Notes: generated from the letters alone by a model not told the origin. Counted from the first letter of the stretch, positions 9,026 through 20,100 are shown. The stretch is DNA of 64,000 nt from an uncultured Treponema sp. (GCA_964429905.1 CAYSDV010000009.1:16378-80377); one strand, 5' to 3'. Made by a program: numbers and translations.

Positions 9026-10450
9026 CTATGACTTATTTATAATTTCCCAGTGGCCGCTAAAACCACTTCCAACAAATTGAATTTTATCTTTCATTTTTTC
9101 AATATGTCTTGCAACTGTTTTTGAACTAACTTTTGCTTTCATAGCGATTTCATCTCTTGTAACTTTATTGTTGTTTTTTATTTCATTTAAAATAAATAGA
9201 TCCAAATCTTGAGGGACAGTTTGGAGGACATCTTGAGGGACAGTTTGAAGGACATCTTGAGAGACAGTTTTTCTGGAGATACGCTCAAACGTTATAGAAC
9301 AGTCAAGCTCATTTTCTTGAAATTTTGGAATATTGATTTTTGCATCTTTACATTCTTGATTCATCCGTCTAAAACCACTTCCCCATTCTTCCATCAATTT
9401 CATAAACCTAAAGACTTTTGCAATAACAGGATTTCTAGAAACAGATTTTCCGTTCAATGCACTTTCAAGAGAAAGTCCAGCCACGAGACGTCCTGGAGAC
9501 ACTATTTCAACTCTGTCATCATAAATTGCAATCTGAGTTGGCTCTTCTATCATGTAGCTTCTGTGAACAACCGCATTTACAATTGCTTCGCGGAGAGCAT
9601 TCACAGGGATTTCAAAATCATCAATTCCTTGCATTCCCACAAATTTTATTCCGACTTTCAGATTCCTAAGAATAAAATTGAGAGCCTGCTCAACTTGCTC
9701 AAAAATTGCACCTGAACAGTCTAGCTTGTCTAAGAAAATTGACTTATCAGTTCCTTTAAAACAGGCACAGCGAATTCCACAGCGGGAAAAATCATAAAAG
9801 TTTGACGATGTTAAAATTGCATAGGCATTTGTTGGAACTAATTCGCCGTTTATGTTTTTTAAAACACCAAGACTTTCAAGTGTTCTTTCTGTTACTGTTA
9901 TATTGTGGATTCCGGCGCTTTCAATACGTTTCTGAATTTGCAGGCAAAGATTCAAAGTACTCTGTGAATTAAAATGGGCTTTATCATTCATAAGATTTAC
10001 AGATTTTTGCGAATCAAATGAACTTCTTATTCCATTTAATTCAAGTTCTCTAAGTGAATAAAAATCTGCAGGTCTGCTTGTTGCTCCAATTCTAATAAAA
10101 GTTCCATTTTCTTTTCCCTTTGATTTTAAAAAACAAGGTGTGTGATTTGTTGGAAAAATCTCAAGAACAATTACAGTTTTTTCCTCTATAGTTTGAACGT
10201 TTATGCTCGGCGAAATCAATGGTTCAATACTGTCACTGATACTGTTTATTATAGAATCCTGAAGTTTATAAATATCACCATCAATTCCTACAACTTCTAA
10301 AGTTTTATCATCAATTCCAAAAATGATTGTTCCACCTGAAGTGTTTGAAAACGCAGAAACAGTTTTTAAAAAATTTTCCTTTCGTTCCGGAATAGTACGT
10401 TTAAACTCAATATTTACAGATTCTCCTTTTTTGATTTCTTCGATATTCAT
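9026..10450 (-). CDS. AlbA_2 (Schlafen-type) DNA-binding domain protein with HATPase_c_4-like core and C-terminal wHTH
   Basis: 474 aa. N-terminus is GESVNIEFKRTIPE...LKTVSAFSNTSGGTIIFGIDDKT. C-terminus VTRDEIAMKAKVSSKTVARHIEKM is HTH-like. Confidence 0.7.
   Translation of the reverse strand: MNIEEIKKGESVNIEFKRTIPERKENFLKTVSAFSNTSGGTIIFGIDDKTLEVVGIDGDIYKLQDSIINSISDSIEPLISPSINVQTIEEKTVIVLEIFPTNHTPCFLKSKGKENGTFIRIGATSRPADFYSLRELELNGIRSSFDSQKSVNLMNDKAHFNSQSTLNLCLQIQKRIESAGIHNITVTERTLESLGVLKNINGELVPTNAYAILTSSNFYDFSRCGIRCACFKGTDKSIFLDKLDCSGAIFEQVEQALNFILRNLKVGIKFVGMQGIDDFEIPVNALREAIVNAVVHRSYMIEEPTQIAIYDDRVEIVSPGRLVAGLSLESALNGKSVSRNPVIAKVFRFMKLMEEWGSGFRRMNQECKDAKINIPKFQENELDCSITFERISRKTVSQDVLQTVPQDVLQTVPQDLDLFILNEIKNNNKVTRDEIAMKAKVSSKTVARHIEKMKDKIQFVGSGFSGHWEIINKS
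9207..9270 (-). repeat. in-frame 24-nt tandem repeat, about 2.7 copies, inside the AlbA_2 gene
   Basis: The + strand reads tcttgagggacagtttggaggaca / tcttgagggacagtttgaaggaca / tcttgagagacagttt. This encodes QDVLQTVPQDVLQTVPQD. Confidence 0.9.
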
Positions 10451-10576
10451 TCAGCCTTATCTCCTATAATTTTTCTTTACAAAATCTTCCTTTGCCTGTC
10501 CGTCGAATACGTTGCGATTTTGCACGAAATCTCATTGCTTTTGCCGTACCTCTACAACTTATTTGTGCTAGTATTT

Positions 10577-11773
10577 TCAATACAAGAATCCCAAAAGCCA
10601 GATTGGAATTCTTCGCTCTGTTCCATATTCAATGTTGTCTGCAAGAATATATGAATCAGGAACATCTTTTATCTGCCTGCGTTTTTTGTTTTTTCCGCCA
10701 ACTTCAAATGTGTATTTTTGGTTTACGAAAAAATCACCTTGTTCAGAAAACAAAACTTCGTGACTATGCGAAAGCTGATTGAATGCAAAAGTTTCACGGA
10801 CATTTCCAACATCGGTCTGAATATCATCAAACATATACATGAGATTTGTGTTTTCAAGAAAAATCTTGTCCGGCTTTTCAAGCGTTCCAAGTCCTCGGCT
10901 CTGCTTAAAAACTTGATAAATCAATTTTGATTCTTCCAGATATTCAAAATACTGCAATAAAGTCTGACGAGAAATTTGAATTGAAGAAGCAATCTCTGTT
11001 ACATTCGGAATGAACGGCGCAGATTTTCCAATTACAGCAAGCAGTTTTTTGATTTTTACGATATATGCGACATCTAGTTTTCTAAGCTGCGGAAGTTCAA
11101 TTTCAAGAATAAGGTTCACAGTTTCGTTCAATCGGATGTAGTAATCATCAATTCCTTCAAGGAAATACGGATAATAGCCGTGCTTGAGATAATCTGAAAA
11201 ATATTCAAAAGGCTTGATTTTGGAAACAATTTGAGATGAAAGATTTTCATTGTTCTGCAAGATTTCTTCAAGCGAAAGAATAGGAAAGTCGGTTTTTGCA
11301 TTAAGATTCAGATATTCTCTAAAAGAAAGCCCTTGCAAATTGTACACTAGAGAACGACGGCTCAAATCAGAACGTGCGTTCAAAATTTCAAGAAGAGAAG
11401 AGCCTGTAAAAACCAGGTGCAGCTCAGGATAATCATCATAAATGTTTTTGATTGCACGCGACCAGTCCGGGTACTTATGAACTTCATCAAGAAAAAGATG
11501 TGTTCCGCCTCTTTTTACAAAGCCGTCCACAAAATCAAGAAGCGAATTGTCAGAAAAATAAAGATTGTCAAGGCTCACATAAAGCACTTTGTCCAACGAG
11601 TCAGCAAAAGTCTTTTTTATGTGCTGAAGAATAAGCGTTGTTTTTCCCGTGCCCCTGGAACCGCGAATGCAAATAAGACGAGCGTTCCAGTTGACTTGAC
11701 TTTCCAAGCTGCGAACAAAAGTCATTTCCGTAGAGGCGATTTTTTTTCTGAATATCTCTATAAGTCTTTCCAT
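10577..11773 (-). CDS. AAA family ATPase (AAA_14 plus DUF4143-type)
   Basis: 398 aa. Walker A is GSRGTGKTTLILQ and Walker B is HLFLDEVHKYPDW. Length and C-terminal layout are typical of DUF4143 ATPases. Confidence 0.7.
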   Translation of the reverse strand: MERLIEIFRKKIASTEMTFVRSLESQVNWNARLICIRGSRGTGKTTLILQHIKKTFADSLDKVLYVSLDNLYFSDNSLLDFVDGFVKRGGTHLFLDEVHKYPDWSRAIKNIYDDYPELHLVFTGSSLLEILNARSDLSRRSLVYNLQGLSFREYLNLNAKTDFPILSLEEILQNNENLSSQIVSKIKPFEYFSDYLKHGYYPYFLEGIDDYYIRLNETVNLILEIELPQLRKLDVAYIVKIKKLLAVIGKSAPFIPNVTEIASSIQISRQTLLQYFEYLEESKLIYQVFKQSRGLGTLEKPDKIFLENTNLMYMFDDIQTDVGNVRETFAFNQLSHSHEVLFSEQGDFFVNQKYTFEVGGKNKKRRQIKDVPDSYILADNIEYGTERRIPIWLLGFLY

Positions 11774-11802
11774 ATATTATACTATATTCCAATAGTGCGA
11801 AA

Positions 11803-11854
11803 TTGTTAAGTCTAGTTAACGATTTTTAGTAAATTTTGTTAAGTAGAGTTAACG
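11803..11854. promoter_or_regulatory. two 19-nt direct repeats, TTGTTAAGTCTAGTTAACG and TTGTTAAGTAGAGTTAACG, upstream of the AAA ATPase gene
   Basis: Copies at 11803-11821 and 11836-11854, 33 nt start to start, 30-80 nt upstream of the ATG at 11773. Each ends in or contains GTTAAC. Confidence 0.3.
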
Positions 11855-11917
11855 TTTTACAAAGAGCATCTATTGCATGTATCTGATATTTTTGTATTTT
11901 AAATGTGAATTCTATGT

Positions 11918-12946
11918 TTAGTTTTTCTCCAACTTTGCAGTTTCTTCTGCAAATAAATCAAAGTCACTTTTGAAAAGTTTATCTTGAATTACACGATATA
12001 TTTCAAATTCAGATTCTGCCTTATCTTTGGCTATTTCTGTCGAGATTTTACCTGCATTTTTAAGAATATCCCTGTCATCCGCCAGAAGAAATTTGTCAAT
12101 TCTTCCAGCCCAGTCTTCCATAGTCATAGGAATCTTACGCTTGGCACGATTTTCAGCTATATCCAGAAAGGCACTTACAATATGCTCAAGGTCATCTATT
12201 TCTTCTTTTGAAAGATAATTCTTTGCAACCGCTACATCGCTTTTAATGATTTTTCCATTTGGTGCATTTTTCCAAGTTGTCAGCCCCATGTTCTGTTTTG
12301 TATGGTCTGCTCGGTCATATACGATTTCTGCCGCTGTCTGATGGCTAACGGCAAAATGAAGCTTGTTCTGAACTTTTGCAAAAAACTCTTTAGTTATAGG
12401 AGCATCTTTATCATAATCCATTGATGTAGAATAAATGTCTGTGATTTTCTGATAAAAACGCCTTTCGCTAAGACGAATTTCCCTGATTTCTTCAAGAAGC
12501 TCTTCAAAATAATCTTCTCCCAAGAAAGTGCCGTTTTCCATTCTCTTTTTGTCTAAGACATAACCCTTTATTGCATACTGTTGCAAAATCTGAGTTGCCC
12601 AACGGCGGAATTGAGTTGCCCTTATAGAATTAACTCTATATCCAACAGAAATAATTGCCTCAAGATTGTAGTGAAGAATATCTCTTGAAACTTCTCTGCC
12701 ACCTTCTTTTTGAACTACTCGAAATTTTCGAGTAGTTGAATCTTCTGTAATTTCTTTAGTTTTGAATAAATCTTTCAAATGATAAGTAATGGTATTTGAT
12801 TCAACAGAGAAAAGTTGGGCCATCATTTTTTGAGTAAGCCACAAAGTATTGTCTTCGTAGCGCACTTCGACACTATCTTCCTTTGCCTGTGTTTTAAATA
12901 TTAAAAATTCCGCCGCACTAGAACGGATAGAAAGTTCTTTTTCCAT
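11918..12946 (-). CDS. rhuM: RhuM family virulence/defence-associated protein
   Basis: 342 aa. N-terminus VEVRYEDNTLWLTQKMMAQLFSVESNTITYHLKDLFKTKEI and central ISVGYRVNSIRATQFRRWATQIL are characteristic of RhuM-family proteins. Confidence 0.75.
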   Translation of the reverse strand: MEKELSIRSSAAEFLIFKTQAKEDSVEVRYEDNTLWLTQKMMAQLFSVESNTITYHLKDLFKTKEITEDSTTRKFRVVQKEGGREVSRDILHYNLEAIISVGYRVNSIRATQFRRWATQILQQYAIKGYVLDKKRMENGTFLGEDYFEELLEEIREIRLSERRFYQKITDIYSTSMDYDKDAPITKEFFAKVQNKLHFAVSHQTAAEIVYDRADHTKQNMGLTTWKNAPNGKIIKSDVAVAKNYLSKEEIDDLEHIVSAFLDIAENRAKRKIPMTMEDWAGRIDKFLLADDRDILKNAGKISTEIAKDKAESEFEIYRVIQDKLFKSDFDLFAEETAKLEKN

Positions 12947-12949
12947 ATT

Positions 12950-14934
12950 TTACAGCACCTTCCTTACCGTGTCCGGCGAATACGTGGCGAAAATCTGCTC
13001 AAAATTGGTGATAAGGCTGTCGCCGTTCAGTGAATTTGACGGGTCACGCATTACAAAATAATACGGCTTTTCTTTTGCAATCTGCGTTACCGTTTCTTCG
13101 CTTATGTCCGTGTCAAAGCAAGCCATAAGATTGTTGCCTTCCACGCAGAAAACTTTATTGCCGCCAAGATTTTTTGTTTCAATTTTGCTTGAAAGCATAA
13201 TTCCCAGGTCGAGCATCACTTGGAAAAGGAGGTCTTCGCCTGTGCGGTCAGTCTTGATGTTGTCTTTGAAAAAATCTTTTGTATCGATATTATCTGGACT
13301 GTAGTAAACATCTTCCATGTTGGAAGTATCAATTTTGAGAACGCGAAAGCCAATGTCTAAGCTATCAGGCAATGTTGTTGTCCCCCCCCCGTCATTTGTT
13401 TAGCAGTGTTTACAATCTTCTGTCCAGCACGACGGATACGCTCTTTGCCAATTTCGCAGATATTCTTATAACCCGCCTTATACGCTTCGCTCTTTTCATC
13501 AGTTTCTTCGGGCAACTGCACCATTATAAATTTACGATTTCCACCATCTTCGGCATTTAACTGCATAACAGCGTGAGCTGTGGTAGCAGAGCCACTAAAA
13601 AAATCTAATATAATATCATCTTCATTGGTCACAAAATCAATAATTCTAGCTATAATTTTGTGAGGTTTTGGATTTTCAAACACCTTACTGCCATCAAACA
13701 AATCCGATAATAATTTTGTTTCCGCTCTATTATCTTCGTATATCATACTTTTAAGCTGTTCTTTTGCCGTTGAAAGACGTTTCTTTATATGAGGCTGTGT
13801 TGTATGGTCAATTCCCCAATGCACTTCTCCTTGCTCTACCCATTTTTGGAATGTTTTTTCGGGCCAACGCCATCCGTTTGCTGGTTTTGGACAAGGCTGA
13901 TTTGTTTCACAATGCAATATATCAAACATATACCCACCTGGATGAGGGTTCGATGAATTGGAAGATGCACTATACACACCTTTTTCATCCACACAATTAT
14001 AATGAGAAACTTGGTTTAGCTTTGCTTTATTGGCACTTATCCATTCTCTTAATTTTGATTGAATAATAGAAATATCGCTTTCGTTTGCCTTGATTTTTTC
14101 ATATTGACTTTGAATACTTTCCGCCGCCTCGCTTATTCTATACCAAGGTTGCAAAGACATTTTATTTTTGGCATAACAAACCATATATTCGTGTTCTTCA
14201 TTTATTTGTGTAGGATTATTATCAGTTGCAGTTTGAAGCACAATCGTTCCCAAATAGTTTGACTTTGAGAAAATTTCATTACATATAGTTTCCAAAGTTT
14301 CTAATTCATGTCCATCAATAGAAATAAATATAACTCCGTCATCTGACAACAAATCCTTTGCCAATTTCAATCTCGGATAAATCATATTGAGCCAATCAGT
14401 ATGGAAACGACCGTTGCTTTCGGTGTTGCGAGTATAGCTGTCTACAAGCTGGTTTCCTTCTTCGTCAAAGTTTCCGCTCTTCTCTGAAAACTCGGAACTG
14501 GAAACTGAAAACTCGTCATTGTATACAAAATCATTCCCCGTATTATACGGCGGGTCTATGTAAATCATCTTGATTTTCCCAAGATAAGTCTCCTGTAAGA
14601 GCTTCAGCACTTCCAAGTTATCGCCCTCGATATAGAGGTTTTCTGTGGTATCGAAGTCTACGCTTTCCTCACGGCAAGGACGAAGCGTTTTGGAAATGGG
14701 AGCGTTCGCCAGCAGGACAGACTTCTTCTTGTCCGGCCAGGTGAACTGATACCGTTCCTCTTTGCCGTCCACGACCTTGACGGAAATCTCCTGCATCAGC
14801 ACATCCTTGTCAATGGCACGAACTACCTCGCCATTCTCGTCAATGGTCTCGGTCACGGCATTGGGGAACAGTGCGGCGAGTTTCTTATAGTTTTCATCTG
14901 CATTATTTTGTGTGTGCATTTTTAAGTGTGTCAT
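12950..14934 (-). pseudogene. mod: type III DNA methyltransferase Mod, interrupted by a frameshift in a G9 tract (ORFs 13357..14934 plus 12950..13372)
   Basis: The upstream ORF has IYIDPPYNTGNDF (motif IV) and ILDFFSGSATTAHAV (motif I). The downstream ORF starts LPDSLDIGFRVLKIDTSN, a typical Mod C-terminus. Adding one G to the tract gives ...AKQMTGGGTTTLPDSLDIGFRV..., an uninterrupted ~661-aa protein. Confidence 0.85.
13382..13390 (-). repeat. homopolymeric G9 tract (C9 on + strand) at the mod frameshift
   Basis: Sequence 13381-13391 reads t ccccccccc g. Confidence 0.95.
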
Positions 14935-14959
14935 TTATTGTTCTCCTATGGATTTTCTA

Positions 14960-15640
14960 CTAATTCTTTAATAATTGTGTATCTATAAATATATGATGTA
15001 TAAAATCAGAAAGTTTATTATCTCTTTCCAACTTTAAGCTTTTATAAACTTCTGTAATAGCTTTTTCCCAGTCTTCTTTTGTTTCAATTTTATCTGTTAC
15101 AGTCTTATCATTCAAAAAATAAATAAATAAAAGATGGGCATCTATTTTATTTAATTCCCTAAGATAATAAAGATGAGCAATTCTGTTTGCATACTGATAG
15201 TAGTTTTCTTTGAACCAACTGATGTCTGATTTTACATTCAGAAATTCTTTTGTTGCTGCAAGACTTTTTTCAATCAAATCTAGAGAGTTTTGTGATGCTT
15301 TTGTGGAATCAATCATTTGTTCACTTATATGTGCTTTAGCTTCCATAATAAAAACAGTATCTTTATCTTTGGCTAAGCCATCCCAGTTTGCGCCACCATT
15401 AGGCCAGAATTCTTTTAGTGGTTTTGTAATTGTTGATTCTATTCCCAATCTATTAATAAAATCCTGGTCAGCATATTCTGCATAGCAATCATCTTCGCGA
15501 GGAGAAAGCCATTCAAGATTAATAGGTTTATTAAAAATCTTCGATAATTCCTGATTTAAAATATCTTGATTTTTATTTGCGAGTAATTGCAAGTCTTTTT
15601 GGCTTCCATGTGTATCATCTGTAAAAGTTTTTCTTGCCAT
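14960..15640 (-). CDS. hypothetical protein, possible PD-(D/E)xK nuclease fold
   Basis: 226 aa. NWDGLAKDKDTVFIMEAKAH fits D-x(n)-E-x-K. Sits between the short AlbA_2 gene (4-nt gap) and mod. Confidence 0.3.
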   Translation of the reverse strand: MARKTFTDDTHGSQKDLQLLANKNQDILNQELSKIFNKPINLEWLSPREDDCYAEYADQDFINRLGIESTITKPLKEFWPNGGANWDGLAKDKDTVFIMEAKAHISEQMIDSTKASQNSLDLIEKSLAATKEFLNVKSDISWFKENYYQYANRIAHLYYLRELNKIDAHLLFIYFLNDKTVTDKIETKEDWEKAITEVYKSLKLERDNKLSDFIHHIFIDTQLLKN

Positions 15641-15643
15641 TTT

Positions 15644-16573
15644 CTATTTCTCCGTATTTATTTTCCAATAACCTGTTTTCTTAGAGCCTTCACGCTTTAT
15701 AAGCAACAGTTCTTCGGAAAGCCTTTTTGCAGCCCTTTCAACAGTTGCGTGTGAAAACCCTGTTGTTCCAATAATTTCTTTTGAGGAAATCTGTCCTTTT
15801 TCTTTTATTATCGAAAGAATTTTCTGTTCTTTATCCGAAAGATTTAATCCCTCATTTAATCCCTCATTTGTTTTCTTTTTCAAAGAATTCTTTTTTGCAT
15901 ACGACTTTCGCTTTACTGTAACTGCAAAAAATGCAGATGTAGATTTATACATAGGTTCTTCTATGTCGTTTTCCGCACATATTTCCCGTATTCGTTTTAG
16001 TCCAGTTCCCCAATGCTCCACAAGTCGCATTTTTAAGAAAGCGTCTGCTAGAACCTCATTTCTTACGCTGGAACGACCATCAAGAATATCTTGAATCGTA
16101 AGCCCGCCAATCAAACCGCCCGGACTGACAATCTCATCAAAGGTTTTGTTCATTCCCAAAAGACTCAGTTCCTGTATTTTGTATCGTTCTGCCGCCCGAG
16201 TAGTTGCATCAACTCTGATATAAACGCCTTCGAGACCTTCTGATTTTATGCAATACGGAGTATTCTGACCTTTTGCAATGTTTATTATTATGACAGTCTT
16301 ATCTTCAATTCTTTCAAATGAAATTTGAGGAATTATCTGCGGACTTATATTGTCGGATATTGAATTTGAAATCTTATCTTTTATCTTAAACACTTCATCG
16401 TCATTTACATCAATAATATCAAAAGTTTTATCATCAATGCCAATAATTATATTTCCACCGTTTCCGTTTGCAAACGCGACGATTGTCTTCAAGACTTTTT
16501 TCTCTTTATCTGGAAACTCCCGTTTAAATTCAAGAGAGTCACTTTCGCCTTTTTTAATATCTTCTATTTTCAT
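15644..16573 (-). CDS. short AlbA_2-domain protein with C-terminal wHTH (lacks the central region of the 474-aa paralog)
   Basis: 309 aa. N-terminus is GESDSLEFKREFPD...LKTIVAFANGNGGNIIIGIDDKT. C-terminus is ISSKEIIGTTGFSHATVERAAKRL. Confidence 0.65.
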   Translation of the reverse strand: MKIEDIKKGESDSLEFKREFPDKEKKVLKTIVAFANGNGGNIIIGIDDKTFDIIDVNDDEVFKIKDKISNSISDNISPQIIPQISFERIEDKTVIIINIAKGQNTPYCIKSEGLEGVYIRVDATTRAAERYKIQELSLLGMNKTFDEIVSPGGLIGGLTIQDILDGRSSVRNEVLADAFLKMRLVEHWGTGLKRIREICAENDIEEPMYKSTSAFFAVTVKRKSYAKKNSLKKKTNEGLNEGLNLSDKEQKILSIIKEKGQISSKEIIGTTGFSHATVERAAKRLSEELLLIKREGSKKTGYWKINTEK

Positions 16574-17178
16574 AGAGATTTCAACTCCTCTTCAAATTTT
16601 CTTTTCCGATTCACAAGCTCAAACTTCTTTTTTGGCTGGACTTCCTTGCGTGCAAGTTTTTCTAATCTGTCTATTTCTTTTTGCAGCTTTTCTTTCTTTT
16701 CCTTAATCTCAATATTTTCTTCAAGACTAAGGCTATTATTCCATTCGCCGCCTGCGATTTTTTTTATTATGTTTTCCCGGACTTTATCAAAATCAAGTCC
16801 ATTAAGTGCAAGAACTGCGTCCTGCCGTTTTTTCCATTCAGAAACAAAAAGTTTTTCATAGAAAACTGCCAGCTGAACCTCTTCTTCAAACTGCAAGGCA
16901 AAAACTAGATTCTGCGGAATGAGCTTTGCAATTTTTTCAATGTTCTTAGGCTCGTAGTTTTTTGTTTTTAGCATGACGCTTAGAACATAAAAGCCTTTCA
17001 CTTTCTTTCCTTCAAGAATTGACGGAATTGTTCTTGTGCTTACTTCATTTACAATATCAATTCGGCTTATGTCCGAATCAAACTTACTCTGCTGTGCGTT
17101 TGTAAACTGAAATTTTCTGTAAATCTGAACTTTTGGCAAAGGCTTATAAATATCTGTTGCTTGAGGTAAATTAAGCAT
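16570..17178 (-). CDS. DUF4391-like protein
   Basis: 202 aa. It overlaps the SNF2 gene by 8 nt and the next gene by 4 nt. The N-terminal pattern LPKVQIYRKF...ISRIDIVNEVSTRTI...YVLSVMLKTKNYEPKNIEKIAKLIPQNLVF, and the position between helicase and methylase, match what I recall for DUF4391. Confidence 0.5.
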   Translation of the reverse strand: MLNLPQATDIYKPLPKVQIYRKFQFTNAQQSKFDSDISRIDIVNEVSTRTIPSILEGKKVKGFYVLSVMLKTKNYEPKNIEKIAKLIPQNLVFALQFEEEVQLAVFYEKLFVSEWKKRQDAVLALNGLDFDKVRENIIKKIAGGEWNNSLSLEENIEIKEKKEKLQKEIDRLEKLARKEVQPKKKFELVNRKRKFEEELKSL

Positions 17179-20100
17179 TAAGTGCTCCTTTTGTTTCGCA
17201 TGTCTCAGCCACAGTTTTTTTTACAACAAGAAAACAAATCAATTCAAAATCATCAAGGCCTTTAATCTGAGTGTGTTTAAAATCTACTGTATCTCCGGTA
17301 AGGAATGAATCAATATTGCTCTCATCTTTTACTTTTATTATGGAAGAAATGGAATCACATAAAAGGCGGCTATAAACTTTCATATTTTTTCCGTCTTTTG
17401 TTTCCGAATTGAACTGATGGTAAACTTCCGGAACAGGCTCGCTTTTTCCTCTGCACATCAGACGCATTTTGTCTAGCAGTTTCTTAGGATTAAGATGGTT
17501 GCAGACAATACCTCCGTCTTCACCAATATAAACCATATAAAATGGATGCAACCTGTTCTGGCTGTCTATGTTCACACTGTTGTTTCTGTTTTTTAAAACA
17601 TAAATAACACCAGGCGGACATTCCTGTGCCGATTGTGCCACTGCATGAAGTCCAAAAGGTGTATTGTCCAAATCACCATGTTTTTTTACATATTCAAGTA
17701 AATCCAGACGGAACTCGTTAAGACCTAAGTCCATAATATTAATTCCGCCGTTCATTTCTTCAATATCGATAACCTCATCTTTTAGTTTTTGAAGCTGTTC
17801 TTTTCTGTAATCCAAATCTTTCTGCTCATCTTCAAGGATATTGTCGTCGGCAGTTGCCGCCATATCAACAATTTTCATTCTTGTTTCTACACGGCTTTTA
17901 AGATTGATATACTCATCAAGAGTTAAATCCGGCCAAAAGTTTACAAGCTGAATTTGTTTGTTTTTGCTACCGATACGGTCAATACGTCCAAAACGTTGAA
18001 TAATTCGGACTGGATTCCAGTGTATATCATAGTTAATAAGATAGTCGCAGTCTTGCAAGTTCTGTCCTTCACTGATGCAGTCTGTAGCAATAAGCAAGTC
18101 AATGCTCCGCTTGTCATCAGGAAAAATGACATTCTTATCTTTTGAAAGCGGAGAAAAATAAGTAAGAACAGCATTTAAATCACAATGGAAGTTTTCAAGT
18201 GTGGTTTTTCCTTCTGTCGTGCCGCTAATCATTGCCGAATCAAGACTATAATTTTCTTTGATAAATCCGCTTAGATTGTTGTAAAGATAATCCGCTGTGT
18301 CTGCAAATGCTGTAAAGACAATAATTTTTTTGTTTCCTTCGTTTATTGGATTTTCAATTTTCTTGCATATTATCTCAATGAGTTTCTGAAGTTTTGAATC
18401 TTTTTCCGGTGTGATGTCAGAAATAAGACTTTCAAGTCCAAAAAGAACTGCTTCATCATATTTCAAATCCTTAAGCCAGGAAACATAATCCATGTCATTC
18501 AAATCAATTTTTACTTTTTTTCCAATCGAAAAAATATCGCTTGAGTTCTGGTCGTCTAAATCGTAATCATCATCCATTGAAATATCTGTAAGATTGATAT
18601 TCATATCATTTTTGTTTTTCTCAAACTCTTCAATGATTTTGATTGTCTGCATAATATATTTCTTTACTCTCTGAACTGTAAGACGGAATGAATAGACTGA
18701 ACTTTCAAGTCGCTTTAAAAGGTTTATTGCCATAAGACGACGAATTCCGCTTTCACGTCCCATCTGGTCAAAACCGCCCGCCCCCGACTCATTGTCTGTA
18801 TCGAGGTTATATTTTTCACGTTTGCTTGAGTGTATAAAATGAGAAGGTACATAAATAGAAAGTTTTAGTTTGTTTAGCTCTTCAAAAATCAGATTGAATG
18901 TAGCTTCATTATCATCTTTTGTGAGCGGTGTTTGGATTGAAATAGGATGTAGCCTTTCCGGAAAAGTTCCAATGTCCTTAGTATCATAATATTTTTGAAT
19001 ATGCTTGCGACTTCTTGCAATTGTAACGCTGTCAAGAACTTCAAAAAAGTCAAAGCTCAGCATGCTTAAAAGATTTTCAGTAGTACGTTCCTCCGCTTCA
19101 AATCGACTCCATTTATTAAATGAAACCTGTGCCTGGCGGAATATGTCTTCAATAGAACTTTTAGTATTTAAGTTTCTGTCAAGATTTTCAGCGACTCCTT
19201 CATAGGCAAGTGCAAGCTGATTTCTTAAATCAATAAAGCGGTTGTTCACAGGAGTTGCACTGAGCATTAAAACTTTTGTCTTAACTCCCGTTTTAACAAC
19301 TTTTTCCATAAGCTGCATATAGCGGTTTTCTTTTGTATTTGAATGGGTTCCTATGCCGTTGCGGAAATTATGAGATTCATCAATTACAACAAGGTCATAG
19401 TTTCCCCAATTTATATATGAAAGGTCGTTTCCGTTCGACTGACCATGCGTTCTATTCAAGTCGGTGTGGAACAGAACATCATAACGAAGCCTGTCGTCTG
19501 CAATCGGATTATTTTTATAATTTCCTTTGTAAATATTCCAGTTATTCGCAAGTTTCTTAGGACAAAGCACTAGAACACGGCTATTGCGACTTTCAAAATA
19601 TTTAACTACAGAAAGCGCGGTAAACGTTTTTCCAAGACCAACGCTGTCAGCAAGAATGCAGCCGTTGTATTTTTCAAGTTTGTTGATTATCGCAAGGCAG
19701 GCATCTTTCTGAAAGTTATAAAGCTTATTCCATATTGCGCTCTGCTTAAATCCTGTTGCTTCCTTTGGCAGTACATCTTCGCTAATATCATCAAGGAATT
19801 CTCTAAAAATATTATAAAGAGTTACAAAATAAATAAATTCCGGTGGATTTTCTGTATAAGCAGAAGCTATACTTTCGATAACCTGATTAGTTACATCCTT
19901 CATCATATCAGCATCATCCCAAAACTGCTCAAACGTCTGCAAAAAGCCTATGCTCATAGGAGCTTTCATTTTTGTAATTGCAAAAGCGGCATTATTTCCC
20001 TTTTCAACGCCAAGCTCTACTGCTGTAAACTCTTTTACAGGATTGTAATTTGTTTCATCAACATTTATAAATGAAGGCATATTCTGCTGCGTGGAGTTAG

